Shown one piece after another: positions 34,186 to 48,123 of a stretch of DNA of 64,000 nt. Source of the DNA: Eledone cirrhosa (lineage: Eukaryota); assembly GCA_964016885.1 (NCBI GenBank), contig OZ024756.1, forward strand, positions 33,728,001-33,792,000, given 5' to 3'. How positions within the stretch are numbered: position 1 is the first letter of the stretch; the number at the start of each line of letters is the position of its first letter. The translations under genes and the position numbers were made by a program. Under the pieces are notes generated by a model. It saw only the letters and a list, made by a program, of their open reading frames with translations. It did not search any database and was not told where the DNA came from.

Positions 34186-34250
34186 ACGATATTTGATGAG
34201 AAATTCAGTTTTCTTCAACGAAGAAAACTGAATTTGTCATCAAATATCGT
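34186..34250. repeat. 31-bp-arm hairpin with 3-nt loop
   Basis: ACGATATTTGATGAGAAATTCAGTTTTCTTC / GAAGAAAACTGAATTTGTCATCAAATATCGT, one mismatch. Confidence 0.9.
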
Positions 34251-34579
34251 TCAAAATACACTGTAATAAAACATACTTCTATAAAATAAATTTTTGTTTG
34301 TTTTATGAAGTGTAAAATATTTGTTCTGATTTTGTCGTGTTAAATGCTCTAATTCTATTTTAATTGTATTACAAAACGTCAAATTCTAAAGATTTATGAC
34401 ATCTAATTCAATTACGCATTTTTTATATTTCTTTGTTTCTAGTAATTTTTTATCAACTTTGTTAAAGAAAAACCAAAAGAAACCAAAGAAATATTCATTC
34501 TATTATTTGAATGTATTTAGATCTGATTGAGTGTCTGTTGCCTCCAGAATGAACACTTTTTTCTTTTCCTTTTCTATTT

Positions 34580-35050
34580 CTTCATCTTCTTCGCTCACTT
34601 ATTCCTGAAAGAGGCGTGGGGGGTAGAGTCCTAAAACATTCCTTCCAGTGGGTCCCGTCAGAAGCAACCTTCTCCAACTGGTCCGGCTGAATCCCCAAGC
34701 GAGATCAGCGAAGCTTGTGGCTATTATCCAACCATCTTGCTCGGGTTCTAAACCTGTTGTCGGTCTATTGTCGGTTGGTTTGGGCCGTAAAACCTACCTA
34801 GCGATTATGTCCTGAGACATTCTAACCACATAGCCATTGTATCGGAGCTGTGATCTCTCAATTTGGAGAAGTAGCAGCTCTATCTGGAATGACTCTCTGA
34901 TTTCAGAGCTATGCACTTTATCGAATAATATTATTCCAGAAACCCTTTGGAGGAACCCCATTTCGACCGCTTGTATTCGGGATCGTACTCTTTCGGTAAT
35001 TACCCAAGATTCATGATTATAGGTAAGGGTTGGTACGAAAACACAAGCAA
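34580..35050 (-). mobile_element. RTE-clade LINE (Rex3/Expander-like) 3' fragment, degenerate C-terminus of the RT ORF
   Basis: VPTLTYNHESWVITERVRSRIQAVEMGFLQRVSG...LLLQIERSQLR, then after disruptions RLGIQPDQLEKVASDGTHWKECFRTLPPR; short GAA-type tail. Confidence 0.9.
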
Positions 35051-35159
35051 GTGACATGAGTGGAAACCGGAACTATGCGTTTACGAAACAAGGCCCTATA
35101 CTTCCAACACCACGCCTGCCAGTGGCTGTGTTATGTTAGGTTGTATTATTAACAAGAAG

Positions 35160-35353
35160 AGGGTCGTGGATCGGCAATATCGGTAGAGGGTCTGATGCCA
35201 TGTTTTGCAGCAAAGAGTTATGACCCTTTATAGTCTGAGTTCAAATCCTGCCGAGGTTAACTTTGCCTTTCATCCTTAAGGGGTCGATAAAATAAAGTAC
35301 CAGTAATGTACTGGATAATTGCTGACCTTGTGGCAAAATCAGAAACAATTATT
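35160..35353 (+). mobile_element. Nin/Deu-domain SINE with probable target-site duplication
   Basis: Full-length family match; ATTATTAACAAGAA at 35145-35158 and 35348-35361. Confidence 0.9.
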
Positions 35354-36750
35354 AACAAGAATCAATCTCCTATACGTCAGTCCTCCACGCCAGTGCTTGT
35401 GTTATGGTATGTTGTGTTATTAACAAGAGTCCTGCTCCTTTACGTCACTCCTCCTCTGTCAATGTTTATGTTGTTAACATGTACCTTGTTTAATTTTGAT
35501 TTGATTCACAGTTGGTTGTAAATTGTATGCTACAATCTTTTGTTATATTAATTTGTTTTCGAAGAAGTAAACCATAGAACAGTCTGGTAAAAGCACTAGA
35601 TAATATACGTAAAGGTGATTGAATATATAGTAGTGAGTTTAAAGGAATTGCCATTAATATGATTTCAAAACACAGTGAATAGAAGTCAAAAGTTACGAAA
35701 ATGTAGTTTAAAAAAATATTAATGCTTCTTCAAATAAAAGTAATATTTGCCATAATGAATACGTTTGGAAATATATGTAAACTAAAATGATTAAACTAAA
35801 TTATATTAACATTAAAAAGAAAGAAACAAAAAGCCTAATACAAACTAAAACATCAAGCGTTTGAGAAATATGACAAAACAAATAAATATGAAAGAATTTA
35901 ATACTAGAGTAATATCTATTAAATTGAAAAGTAAAAACCATAAATATAACATTTTGTTATTTGGAAAATAGTAGAAAGTTTTAAGTTCGTAAACATTTAG
36001 TGATATTATTTTTATTCTGTTTTATTTAGCTTTAGTTTATTTTATTTTTATTTTTTTCATTCGTTTTATTTTGTATATTTCTTATAAGGGATTTAGATAA
36101 TTTTAGTTAAGATTTCAAAATGAATTACACGTTTGCTGTTTTGTAAAGAAGTGTATAATGCAATGAAGCATGAGAAGATTATTTATTTATACTTTAGAAA
36201 CACATTAAACTTACTTTTACTCTTTATAACGAGCATTACATTAGAGAAAATAGTAGCGATTTTAGTGATAAAAGAATATGCAGGAAAGTATCTGAGAAAC
36301 ATTGTTATCCGCTAAAAGATCAGAAGAAAATGATATACAAAATCTTGTAATATATGGGAGTTTTAATATAAGAACAAATATACAATTGTGAAATTTTCTG
36401 TTTATATCCGTCATCGAAGATTTTAATGCGAAATGTAAAATACGAATTTTATATCCAAGCAAACGTTTAAAAAAATAATCATAAAACAATGCAATTTAGA
36501 ATAATGTATTGTTTCTATATTTGTCAGTGTTTATTTGTGAATCAATGCAAAGTAAATGGAATTATTCATGCATATCTTAGATATGTTCTATTCTCATGTT
36601 AAGAGAAAACAGAATCGATAAGGACATACATGGATGCTACATATCACTAGGGTCTCTCTTATCCTGTATATGTTTTTCATATATGTTGAACTATTTTCTT
36701 AAATGTATAGAAACGAGAAATATAAAGGAGTGTGGTATTTCCTATTGTAT

Positions 36751-37084
36751 AGAGAGTGGATGCTCGTAGCTTACTGGTTAAGATTTTCGGATTGCAATCG
36801 TAATGGCGGAATTCGATTCCCATTGATCCATTCTGCCAATGAAAAAGACATTTTATTCACGCCTTTCTTGTCCTTCAACTGGCACAAAGGAGATGACAAA
36901 CGTGAAACTGTGCAACAAGATTGTCCATTTGAATTACATATACATCTCCTTTGTGCCAGTTGAAGGACAAGAAAGGCGTGAATAAAATGTCTTTTTCATT
37001 GGCAGAATGGATCAATGGGAATCGAATTCCGCCAGTACGATTGCAATCCGAAAATCTTAACCAGTAAGCTACGAGCATCCACTC

Positions 37085-37087
<3 letters not shown>
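36751..37087. repeat. 145-bp inverted duplication of a decayed CORE-type SINE, 47-nt spacer
   Basis: 36751-36895 is the reverse complement of 36943-37087 with one mismatch seen; the arm resembles the 37837 SINE head. Confidence 0.92.
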
Positions 37088-37836
<749 letters not shown>

Positions 37837-37840
<4 letters not shown>

Positions 37841-38058
37841 AGGCGTGTGGCTGAGTGGTTAGAGAATTGGATTCACAATCTTGAGATTGTGAGTTCGATT
37901 CCTGGACCGGGCGATGTGTTATGTCCTTGGGCAAGACACTTTATTTCACGTTGCTCCTTCTACCTGGAGTTGCGACCGATAGATAGTATTAGCAACTGGA
38001 AAGACCGACGAAAACATTGTTTCCTCGGTCCGATTTGATGAAAGTCGATAGACTACCT

Positions 38059-38060
<2 letters not shown>
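37837..38060 (+). mobile_element. tRNA-derived SINE with CORE-like domain
   Basis: A-box TGGCTGAGTGG, B-box GTTCGATTCC, core TGTCCTTGGGCAAGACACTTTA; second copy at 18553-18775. Confidence 0.9.
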
Positions 38061-38136
<76 letters not shown>

Positions 38137-38137
38137 T

Positions 38138-38777
38138 GGTAGCTATGATGCTTCCATAGGCGGTATGCCAGTTGAGCACTCTATATTCTTACAGAGCAGA
38201 GTGTGATATAATATAAAACGAAAAAATCAGTGATGCATCTGAACTCAATTTATTGTGTGTTACAAGTGTTTCGCCGGCAGACAGCTCGAGACACGATCAT
38301 AGTATGGATCTGTCTGATTCTAGACCTGCAGGTTCGTCGGAAACTTGCAATAATTTCGGATCAAAGTTTCTCACTGGTGTGTTAGCGTCAAAAAACATCT
38401 TCCTTGCTTGTTGGCCAATAGTTGCTGTCACTCTGGTCAGTAGCTGTCCCTTCGCCTGACATACTTCAATGAATTCATGCTGGGTTTGGTATTTCACAAG
38501 CCCACTCGCGCACTCACACACATGTACAAACATATATATATCACTCTCTCTCTATATATATATACACACTCACATACACACACGCACACAACCACATAAA
38601 TAACAACATATGCGTCCACAGACGCCTGCCTACATTGCCACGTACATCAACAAGTATCCGACAAACCTGCAGGTCTAGAATCAGACAGATCCATACAATG
38701 ATCGTGTCTCGAGCTGTCTGCCGGCGAAACAATTGTAACACACAATAAATTGAGTTCAGATGCATCACTGATTTTTC

Positions 38778-38786
<9 letters not shown>
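38138..38786. mobile_element. Family G fold-back: about 136-bp arms 38211-38347 / 38651-38786, about 300-bp spacer, one-sided tail 38138-38210
   Basis: Arms are reverse complements with a few mismatches; sense arm has GAAACAATTGTA then AATAAA and ends in (TA)n. Confidence 0.8.
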
Positions 38787-38832
<46 letters not shown>

Positions 38833-39053
38833 TAGTCATTTTAATTAATTCCGTTGTTTATTTAAGTGTTCGTTATTCATTAAATGAAAATCCATTTTTA
38901 ATTTCTAATTTAATGCATTATTTATTTAGTTGATTATATATTAATTTATCTTTCAGTTTTGTTTATTTAAATCTGTTCTTTATTTCGTAATTCATTGATT
39001 TTATATTTGGTTATTATTTCATTATTGCCTTCTTTTGTTACTTCATTATGCTT

Positions 39054-39240
39054 GGTGGATTGGCAGTATCGGTAAAGGGTCGGACGCCATGCTTTCAAGC
39101 AAAGAGTTACGCCCCTTTACGAGCTGAGTTCAAATCCCGCCGAGGTTAACTTTGCCTTTCATCCCTACGGGGTCGGTAAAATAAAGCACCAGTAATACGC
39201 TAGTATAATTGCTGGCCTTGTGTCAAAAGTAGAAACATTT
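39054..39240 (+). mobile_element. Nin/Deu-domain SINE, full length
   Basis: Family match. Confidence 0.9.
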
Positions 39241-39696
39241 ATTTATTTAGACTCTTTGTTTAATTAGTTACATGTCTAATTCGTTATATATTTTCTCATA
39301 CGTTTCTTCGTTATTTAGTATTTATACAATTCGTTATTTAATTAGTTATTTAATTAGTTAAATGTTTAATTTATTACATGTTTTTATACGTTTTTTATTT
39401 TCGTTATTTAATATTTATTTATTTCCTTATATAATTAGTTACATGTTTAATTCGTTATACATTTTCTCATACGTTTCTTCGTTATTTAATATTTTTTTTA
39501 TTTCCTTTTTTAAACTTTTTGCTAAGTTTTCTTATAATTATTTGATTCCTTATTTAATCCGTTATATACCCATTTTAATTCATTATTTAATTTGCAATTA
39601 GTTTTATTCGTTATTCATATATTATTAGATTTTGCTAATTATAAATTTTAAATATGTTATTTATTGCGCCTTGTCATTTAGATTGCCATTTCATTC

Positions 39697-40081
39697 GGCA
39701 GCATCAGTAGAGCATCGGACGCCATGCTTTGAGGCATAGAGTTACGCCCCTTTACGAGCTAAGTTCAAATTCGGCCGATGTTAACTTTGCCTTTCATATT
39801 TGCGGAGTCGGTAAAATAAAGTACCAGTAATGTGCTGGAATAATTGTTGGCCTTGTGCCAAAAGTAGAAACAATTATTTATTTAGACACTTGGTGGATTG
39901 GTAGTATCAGTAGAAGATCGGACGCCATGCTTTACAGCATAGAGTTATGGCCCTTTGTGGTCTGAGTTCAGATACCGCCGAGGTTAGCTTTGCCTTGCAT
40001 CCTTACGGAGTCGATAAAATGAAGTACCGGTAATACACTGAAATAATTGCTGGCCTTGTGCCAAAAGTAGAAACAATTATT
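39697..40081 (+). mobile_element. Two head-to-tail Nin/Deu-domain SINEs (39697-39878, 39892-40081)
   Basis: Family match for both copies. Confidence 0.9.
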
Positions 40082-40317
40082 TTTTTTTCATTTGGGCCGC
40101 AGTTTCAACAAGATTGTGCTAGATCCTTATCATACTTGTGACCTATTGCCACTGACAAGCCTAAAACTATTTCATGCCATGTCTATTGTCATCTACTTCT
40201 TTATCTTCACACAGCCCTACTCCTTTAACCACTGCTACTACGATCTTCTTTATTATATCTTAATTCATTTCTCTTGTGTCTTCCCTTATTTGTACTATCT
40301 GCTTCTCAGTGTAGTTC

Positions 40318-40388
40318 TTTTCTGATGATACTGTTATAAACAGGTGAAACTCCAGAGTAACAAAAATCACTATTTAGCGTTAATTAAA

Positions 40389-40393
<5 letters not shown>
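40318..40393 (+). mobile_element. Family E PLE-like 3' end with hammerhead-like core
   Basis: CTGATGA-ta-CTGTT-ATA-AACAG-gt-GAAACTCC at 40322-40353; related motif at 49481-49513; ends in (TA)n. Confidence 0.55.
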
Positions 40394-40435
<42 letters not shown>

Positions 40436-40509
40436 TATGGTGCGTTATGGTCCTAATTCCATAGTGGAGCACTTCTCGACCCATACCACATTCTAATCCT
40501 GACATCCCT

Positions 40510-40553
<44 letters not shown>

Positions 40554-40967
40554 CGATGACATTTATATGATGATTTAAGTATAGTCATATGAAAGGTCAT
40601 TAATTTTCACATAGATGTTAGGATCTTAAATACGAACTGGAACCAGAACCAGGTTGAATTTCACATTAATTGTACTGAAAGCCACATGAAACATTTTACT
40701 ACACTCGCTAAAATATGTGTAAAATAAATGGCGTCGTTAGCAAATAATTCTAAAGCTTTAAGGAATATATATATAGATTTATAGATGTTTCATATATTTA
40801 TTTTACTCGTTACAAATATTGTAAACTATATATCATAGCATTAATTTTGCGAACGTTGCTCAAAGCGTCCATTACGTATATTCCTCAATGAATCTCTATT
40901 ATATTTGATTAAATATTGATAATGCTACCTTGCGTCCATTAACTGCATAACTCTTAAAACTTGCATT

Positions 40968-41936
<969 letters not shown>

Positions 41937-42134
41937 AGAGAATTCATTAATCCACTTGTCATAATATAATGCTTCAATCTGGTATTCCTCTCTGAGATTT
42001 CATCATGTTTGACCCCGCGGGTACATTCAATATGAGATTAGTCTTTTTCGATAGCATACATATTTATCATTTCGTTGTTCTTTTGTTTATACATACACAC
42101 ATATATAAATACGAAATATATGCATATATGTATG

Positions 42135-42500
42135 AGTCCCCGGTTCAATTGAGGGTAAACACAGTAAGTAAGGTACTCTAAAATTTAGTAGATTGTAAAA
42201 AACATGTTCAATATAGAAATGGCTTCTACAGGACTAGACCTGAATCATTCCAAAGAAATCATCAGGAAATGATGATTTATTTTGAATGATACTGTTCTAG
42301 TAGTCATGTAGAAGCCATTTCTATATTAAAGATGATATATTTTTAGATATATATAGAAATGGCTTCTACAGAACTAGAACTGTTTCATTCGGAAAGAATC
42401 ATATATATATATATATATATGATTCTTTCTGAATGAAACAGTTCTAGTTCTGTAGAAGCCATTTCTATATATATCTAAAAATATATTTCCGAATGAAACA
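42135..42500. mobile_element. Family A cluster: diverged fold-back 42135-42328 and (AT)10-centred palindrome 42335-42486
   Basis: Repeated TAGAAATGGCTTCTACAG.ACTAGA / TCTAG..CTGTAGAAGCCATTTCTA arms. Confidence 0.85.
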
Positions 42501-42535
42501 CTATACGCACATCCACTCATATATATACATATACA

Positions 42536-42581
<46 letters not shown>

Positions 42582-43127
42582 TGTATATGTATATATATGA
42601 GTGGATGTGCGTATAGTGTCTACAAAAATTAAAGCGAAACAACAGAGCAAACAACACAGTATATATAGAGAGATAGTGAGTGGGTCGTAAGTTGCGCACC
42701 AAAGCATCAATACTAGTGCTCTGTTAGTATAGTTAGTACGTAAAGACATTTAATGCTTTGATAGGCGACTTTGAGCCCACCTCGTACATATTTAAGTCTA
42801 GACATATGAATATCAATCTCAATCGTCAGCTCTGTCTATGCAGTTCACCAATATAAGATAAATCAATAACAGAGCAAGAGTTTCTGTCGTCTGAGGTATT
42901 ATCTTCCTATGATGTCATATTGCTATATAGTTCTCTGGCATTGCTACTATCCACAAAATGGCTCCATCGACGCCATAATGTCTGCAACACATACATACAT
43001 ACAGACAGACGTACATACATACATACATACATACATACATACAAACATACATACATACATACATACATACATACATACATACATACATACATACATACAT
43101 ACATACATACATACATACATACATACA

Positions 43128-43734
43128 TGGTGGCTGCCAACTCGTTTTCGAGTACGGCCACTACTTTATATCCATGTAGGAGAACCCATACCGATGCGCT
43201 GAACGAGTGTGACATTTTAGTCCAGCCAGCGACTTGAAAACTCTGGTACAAACACTACACTTGTGACAATTATTGACACATAGTGCTGGGCCCATGGTAG
43301 CATGTGACGACAAGTGTAGAGAGATCTCCAGATATAAAGTAATGCCTTTGCCGTGAAGCTTTTATAGTGAGCAAAGGCACTGCACAAAGCCAGTCCGCTC
43401 TCTTAACCAAGATGATATTTACCAAAAAGAAGAACAAGTCAACATCATTGGATACCATCAGGGTTGCAGGTGTTATATCAGAGTTTTCCTTTTCCTAGAA
43501 TTCTGCCTTGACAAAGGCTCAGGGGTCATCTCTCCCTGTGATTTTGGAGGGCCATTGGCTCTTAAGAGCTCCTTTGCCCTTTGACAGGTTTTGTTTTTAG
43601 TCCTGCAGGATGTCCAAAGTCACCCTCCTCACCAAGAAACCTTGGTGGGGTTGCCAGTTTAGTCGCCAACGACCCGACCATGAGACAGTTTGTACTGGGA
43701 TACATGTTACCAGTAGCACCAACTGGCGACCTGA
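43128..43734 (-). mobile_element. Family L: about 607-bp non-coding element inserted in (CATA)n, probably a non-autonomous RTE-derived retroposon
   Basis: (CATA)n on both sides; copies or relatives at 25509, 28148 and 49020-49291; minus strand has CTAGGAAAAGGAAAACTCTGA, recalled as similar to RTE 5'-UTR motifs; no long ORF. Confidence 0.7.
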
Positions 43735-43748
43735 CATACATACATACA

Positions 43749-43780
<32 letters not shown>

Positions 43781-43791
43781 GAGAGAGAGAG

Positions 43792-43825
<34 letters not shown>

Positions 43826-43850
43826 TTATTTGAATATATGTATATATCTT

Positions 43851-43881
<31 letters not shown>

Positions 43882-43903
43882 CTATATATATATATATATA
43901 TAT

Positions 43904-44053
43904 AAGTTTATCCCGGGTTCAATCGGGGGTAACCACAGTAAGGAAGGTACTCAATACGTAGCAGAGCATCAAAAATGCTTCCTGCTGATTTCTCCCGAAT
44001 GAAACAGTTCTAATATTGAAACAGTTCTAGTCCTGTAGAAGCCATTTCTATAT
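43904..44053. mobile_element. Family A element (antisense tail joined to sense arm, small internal duplication)
   Basis: Tail as at 18252; CTGCTGATTTCTCCCGAATGAAACAGTTCTA; TGAAACAGTTCTA duplicated. Confidence 0.85.
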
Positions 44054-44148
44054 TATATATATATATCACCACCCCACTCTCAAGAGCGTGAAACTAATAA
44101 ACCTTTGTTCGTACTGCCTCTCTGTTTTGTTCCCGTTCAATTTTTTAC

Positions 44149-44156
<8 letters not shown>

Positions 44157-44238
<82 letters not shown>

Positions 44239-44294
44239 CGCGCGTGCGCGCGTGTGTGTCTGTGTGTCTGTATGTATGTGTGTGTGTATGTATG

Positions 44295-44326
<32 letters not shown>

Positions 44327-44357
44327 TGTGTGCGTGCGTGCGTGTATGTGTGTGTGT
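44157..44357. repeat. (TG)n/(TGCG)n microsatellite
   Basis: Direct reading. Confidence 0.96.
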
Positions 44358-44672
44358 ATCTTCATACATACAGACGCTCACATACCACATGTATATGTAT
44401 GTGTGTGTGTATCTGTGTAAATATCTGTGTCTATGTAAGTATATATACAGAGAGAGATGGGGACACAGGTTGTAAGAGCGAGAAGGACAGAGTTGGTGTA
44501 GATATATAAATATACATATTGCTTCTTGCTACTTCTAGCAAGTGTTCCGTTTGTTTCATATGTTAAACTTTATTAGGCAATTAGAATTAGTTTCTCATTA
44601 ATACCCTGTCACTATGATTTGTCCTAAATCTAAAGATACGGAGACAAAATATGCAGAGATAATTTACAGACT

Positions 44673-44706
<34 letters not shown>

Positions 44707-44725
44707 GTACATATATATATATATA

Positions 44726-44800
<75 letters not shown>

Positions 44801-44984
44801 ATTACATATATTACATATATAAATATATATATATATATAAATATATCTATTATATATATATATATATATTTATATATATTTATATATTTATATAATATAT
44901 ATATATATATATTATACATATATATATATATATATATATAAAAATTAGAATTAGAAGTGTATTGCAAAATACATTATATATACA

Positions 44985-45019
<35 letters not shown>

Positions 45020-45031
<12 letters not shown>

Positions 45032-45040
45032 GATATATAC

Positions 45041-45081
<41 letters not shown>

Positions 45082-45090
45082 GATATATAC

Positions 45091-45129
<39 letters not shown>

Positions 45130-45138
45130 GATATATAC

Positions 45139-45192
<54 letters not shown>

Positions 45193-45198
45193 ATATAC

Positions 45199-45237
<39 letters not shown>

Positions 45238-45366
45238 ATATCTATATATATACATATGATATATACATATATTATATATATATATACATATGATATATAC
45301 ATATATTATATATATATATACATATGATATATACATATATTATATATATATACATATGATATATAC

Positions 45367-45411
<45 letters not shown>

Positions 45412-45530
45412 GATATATACATATATTATATATATATATATACATATGATATATACATATATTATATATATATATATACATATGATATATACATATATTA
45501 TATATATATATATATACATATGATATATAC

Positions 45531-45569
<39 letters not shown>

Positions 45570-45591
45570 GATATATACATATGATATATAC

Positions 45592-45629
<38 letters not shown>

Positions 45630-45709
45630 ATATACATATATTATATATATATATATACATATATTATATATATATATGATATATACATATATTATATATA
45701 TATATATAC

Positions 45710-45720
<11 letters not shown>
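45020..45720. repeat. Higher-order array: CATATGATATATACATATAT unit separated by variable-length (TA)n
   Basis: Unit recurs more than a dozen times. Confidence 0.92.
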
Positions 45721-45789
<69 letters not shown>

Positions 45790-45801
45790 ATATTATATAT
45801 A

Positions 45802-45833
<32 letters not shown>

Positions 45834-45841
45834 TGTATATA

Positions 45842-45890
<49 letters not shown>

Positions 45891-45938
45891 ATATATATTA
45901 TATATATATATATTATATATATATATATTATATATATA

Positions 45939-45999
<61 letters not shown>

Positions 46000-46397
46000 G
46001 TACAATTATATCTTTAGGTCTTCTGATTTCCCAAACTCAATTTAGCAAAATCGAAGGTAATCGAGATTAATTCAATTTATTCTACTATAATTCCAATCAT
46101 CTTCATTTATCTCTCACGACTTTTGTTATGTTCACAAGAAACGGTTTCCGTCGCCATATGCTTCGGATCTTTTGCGAAGAACATAATGAGGCAATGCACG
46201 ATTAATTGTCTGGTCTAAGAATATTTCATGTCTGGATAAGTTTCCTCTTCTTTTACAGCAAGTATTAATTCTAGCGCAAGGAGGAGTAGAAGTAATAATA
46301 ACTTGACTAAAAGGTCATTATCGAAATTATAAGCCTCGACCTAATATAATACTGGTTAATAGGAATTATTAGCACAAAAAATTCCTAAACACGAATA

Positions 46398-47050
46398 CAC
46401 ACATATACATATACACATACAGATACAACCCTGTACTGACAGTCACCCATACATACTCGCAGGCAGACACGCATACACACACATACATATACACATAGAG
46501 ATACAACCCTGTACTGACAGTCACCCATACATACTCGCAGGCAGACACGCATACACACACATACATATACACATAGAGATACAACCCTGTGCTGACAGTC
46601 ACCCATACTACTCGCAGGCAGACACGCATACACACACATATATATACACATAGAGATACAACCCTGTACTGACAGTCACCCATACATACTCGCAGGCAGA
46701 CACGCATACACACACATACATATACACATAGAGATACAACCCTGTACTGACAGTCACGCATACATACTCGCAGGCAGACACGCATACACACACATACATA
46801 TACACATAGAGATACAACCCTGTAGTGACAGTCACCCATACATACTCGCAGGCAGACACGCATACACACACATACATATACACATAGAGATAAAACCCAT
46901 ACACACTAGCAGATACGCATGCACACACACACATATATATATACACATACAGAGACAACCCCATAGTGACAGTCACGCATACATACTCGCAGGCAGACAC
47001 CCATACACACACATACATATACACATACAGATACAACCCATACATATTGG
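46398..47050. repeat. 78-bp minisatellite, about 8 units, decaying at the right end
   Basis: AGATACAACCCTGTACTGACAGTCACCCATACATACTCGCAGGCAGACACGC unit starts at 46421, 46499, 46577, 46654, 46732, 46810 and (degenerate) 46888. Confidence 0.95.
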
Positions 47051-47233
47051 CAGACACATGTAATTGAACACACCTAACATACACACACACACGGGTAAAT
47101 ATACAGTGAGGCGGACATACAAACACTTATATAAATATACAGAGAGAGACATACACACAGACATGTAAATATACAGCTAGAGAGACAGACATACACACAG
47201 ACATGTAAATATACAGCTAGAGAGACAGACATA

Positions 47234-47370
47234 CTTGCCAAGTCAGTTGACTTGGCAAGCTGTTTAGAACACTGGTTTAACTGCCTTACTTCCCTCCGAA
47301 GAAGAGATATTATCTCGAAAATTAAGGACATTTAAATAAATCTAAGGTAAAAGACTAATTGTCAACAACA
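47234..47370 (+). mobile_element. Short hairpin (CTTGCCAAGTCA-GT-TGACTTGGCAAG) followed by a degenerate hammerhead-like motif
   Basis: CCT-CCGAAGA-a-GAGAT-ATT-ATCTC-GAAA-AT-TA-AGG at 47293-47327; U4 mutated to C. Confidence 0.5.
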
Positions 47371-47456
47371 TATTTTGCATTTGCATTCTTTATTCTATGT
47401 CCATACCTGCATTGTTTTGGCTTTATTATACATATACAAACATATATATATATATA

Positions 47457-47521
47457 TAGAGAGAGAGAGAGGGGGGGAGAACGAGAGAGAGAGAGAAAGC
47501 TAGAGAGAGAGAGAGAGAGAG

Positions 47522-47594
<73 letters not shown>
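47457..47594. repeat. (GA)n microsatellite
   Basis: Direct reading. Confidence 0.96.
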
Positions 47595-47597
<3 letters not shown>

Positions 47598-47729
47598 GGA
47601 TTGGGTGTGTAGTTGGTAGTTAAGGTAGCTTAAAATGGAGTGGGAATAAGAAGAAAGCAAGAACGCGCGGGTGAGTTTTCCTCATCAGTTGTCTACTGGG
47701 GGTGTCGGATAATTCCACGCTTTACAGAC

Positions 47730-47774
<45 letters not shown>

Positions 47775-47811
47775 AATATATATATATATATGTATATATA
47801 TATATGTATAT

Positions 47812-47900
47812 TTTATTAAAATAACAGATTAAAGTTTAAGCAAATAATCGCTGCTTTCACCCTTAACGGATCTTCTGAAACTAACAAAGTCAATCTGTAA
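47812..47900 (-). mobile_element. Family J PLE-like 3' end
   Basis: Minus strand CAGAAGA-TCCGTTAAGGGT-GAAAGCAGCGATTATTTGCTTAAACTTTAATCTGTTATTTTAATAAA; relatives at 18984-19024, 51782-51802 and 53326-53380; abuts (TA)n. Confidence 0.55.
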
Positions 47901-48002
47901 ACACAGAAGTGGATATTTCAAATATATATGTATATTTTATATATATATATATATTATATATATATTATATATATATTATATATATTATATATATATATAT
48001 TA

Positions 48003-48123
<121 letters not shown>

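Noticed and set aside
37837-37910. tRNA gene (also the heads near 32110-32180, 33715-33775 and 61262-61328)
   Set aside because: The A/B boxes belong to SINE heads that continue into SINE bodies or are decayed; no complete cloverleaf.
45020-47050. CRISPR-like regular repeats
   Set aside because: Spacers are (TA)n or identical units rather than unique sequences; eukaryotic context, no cas genes.
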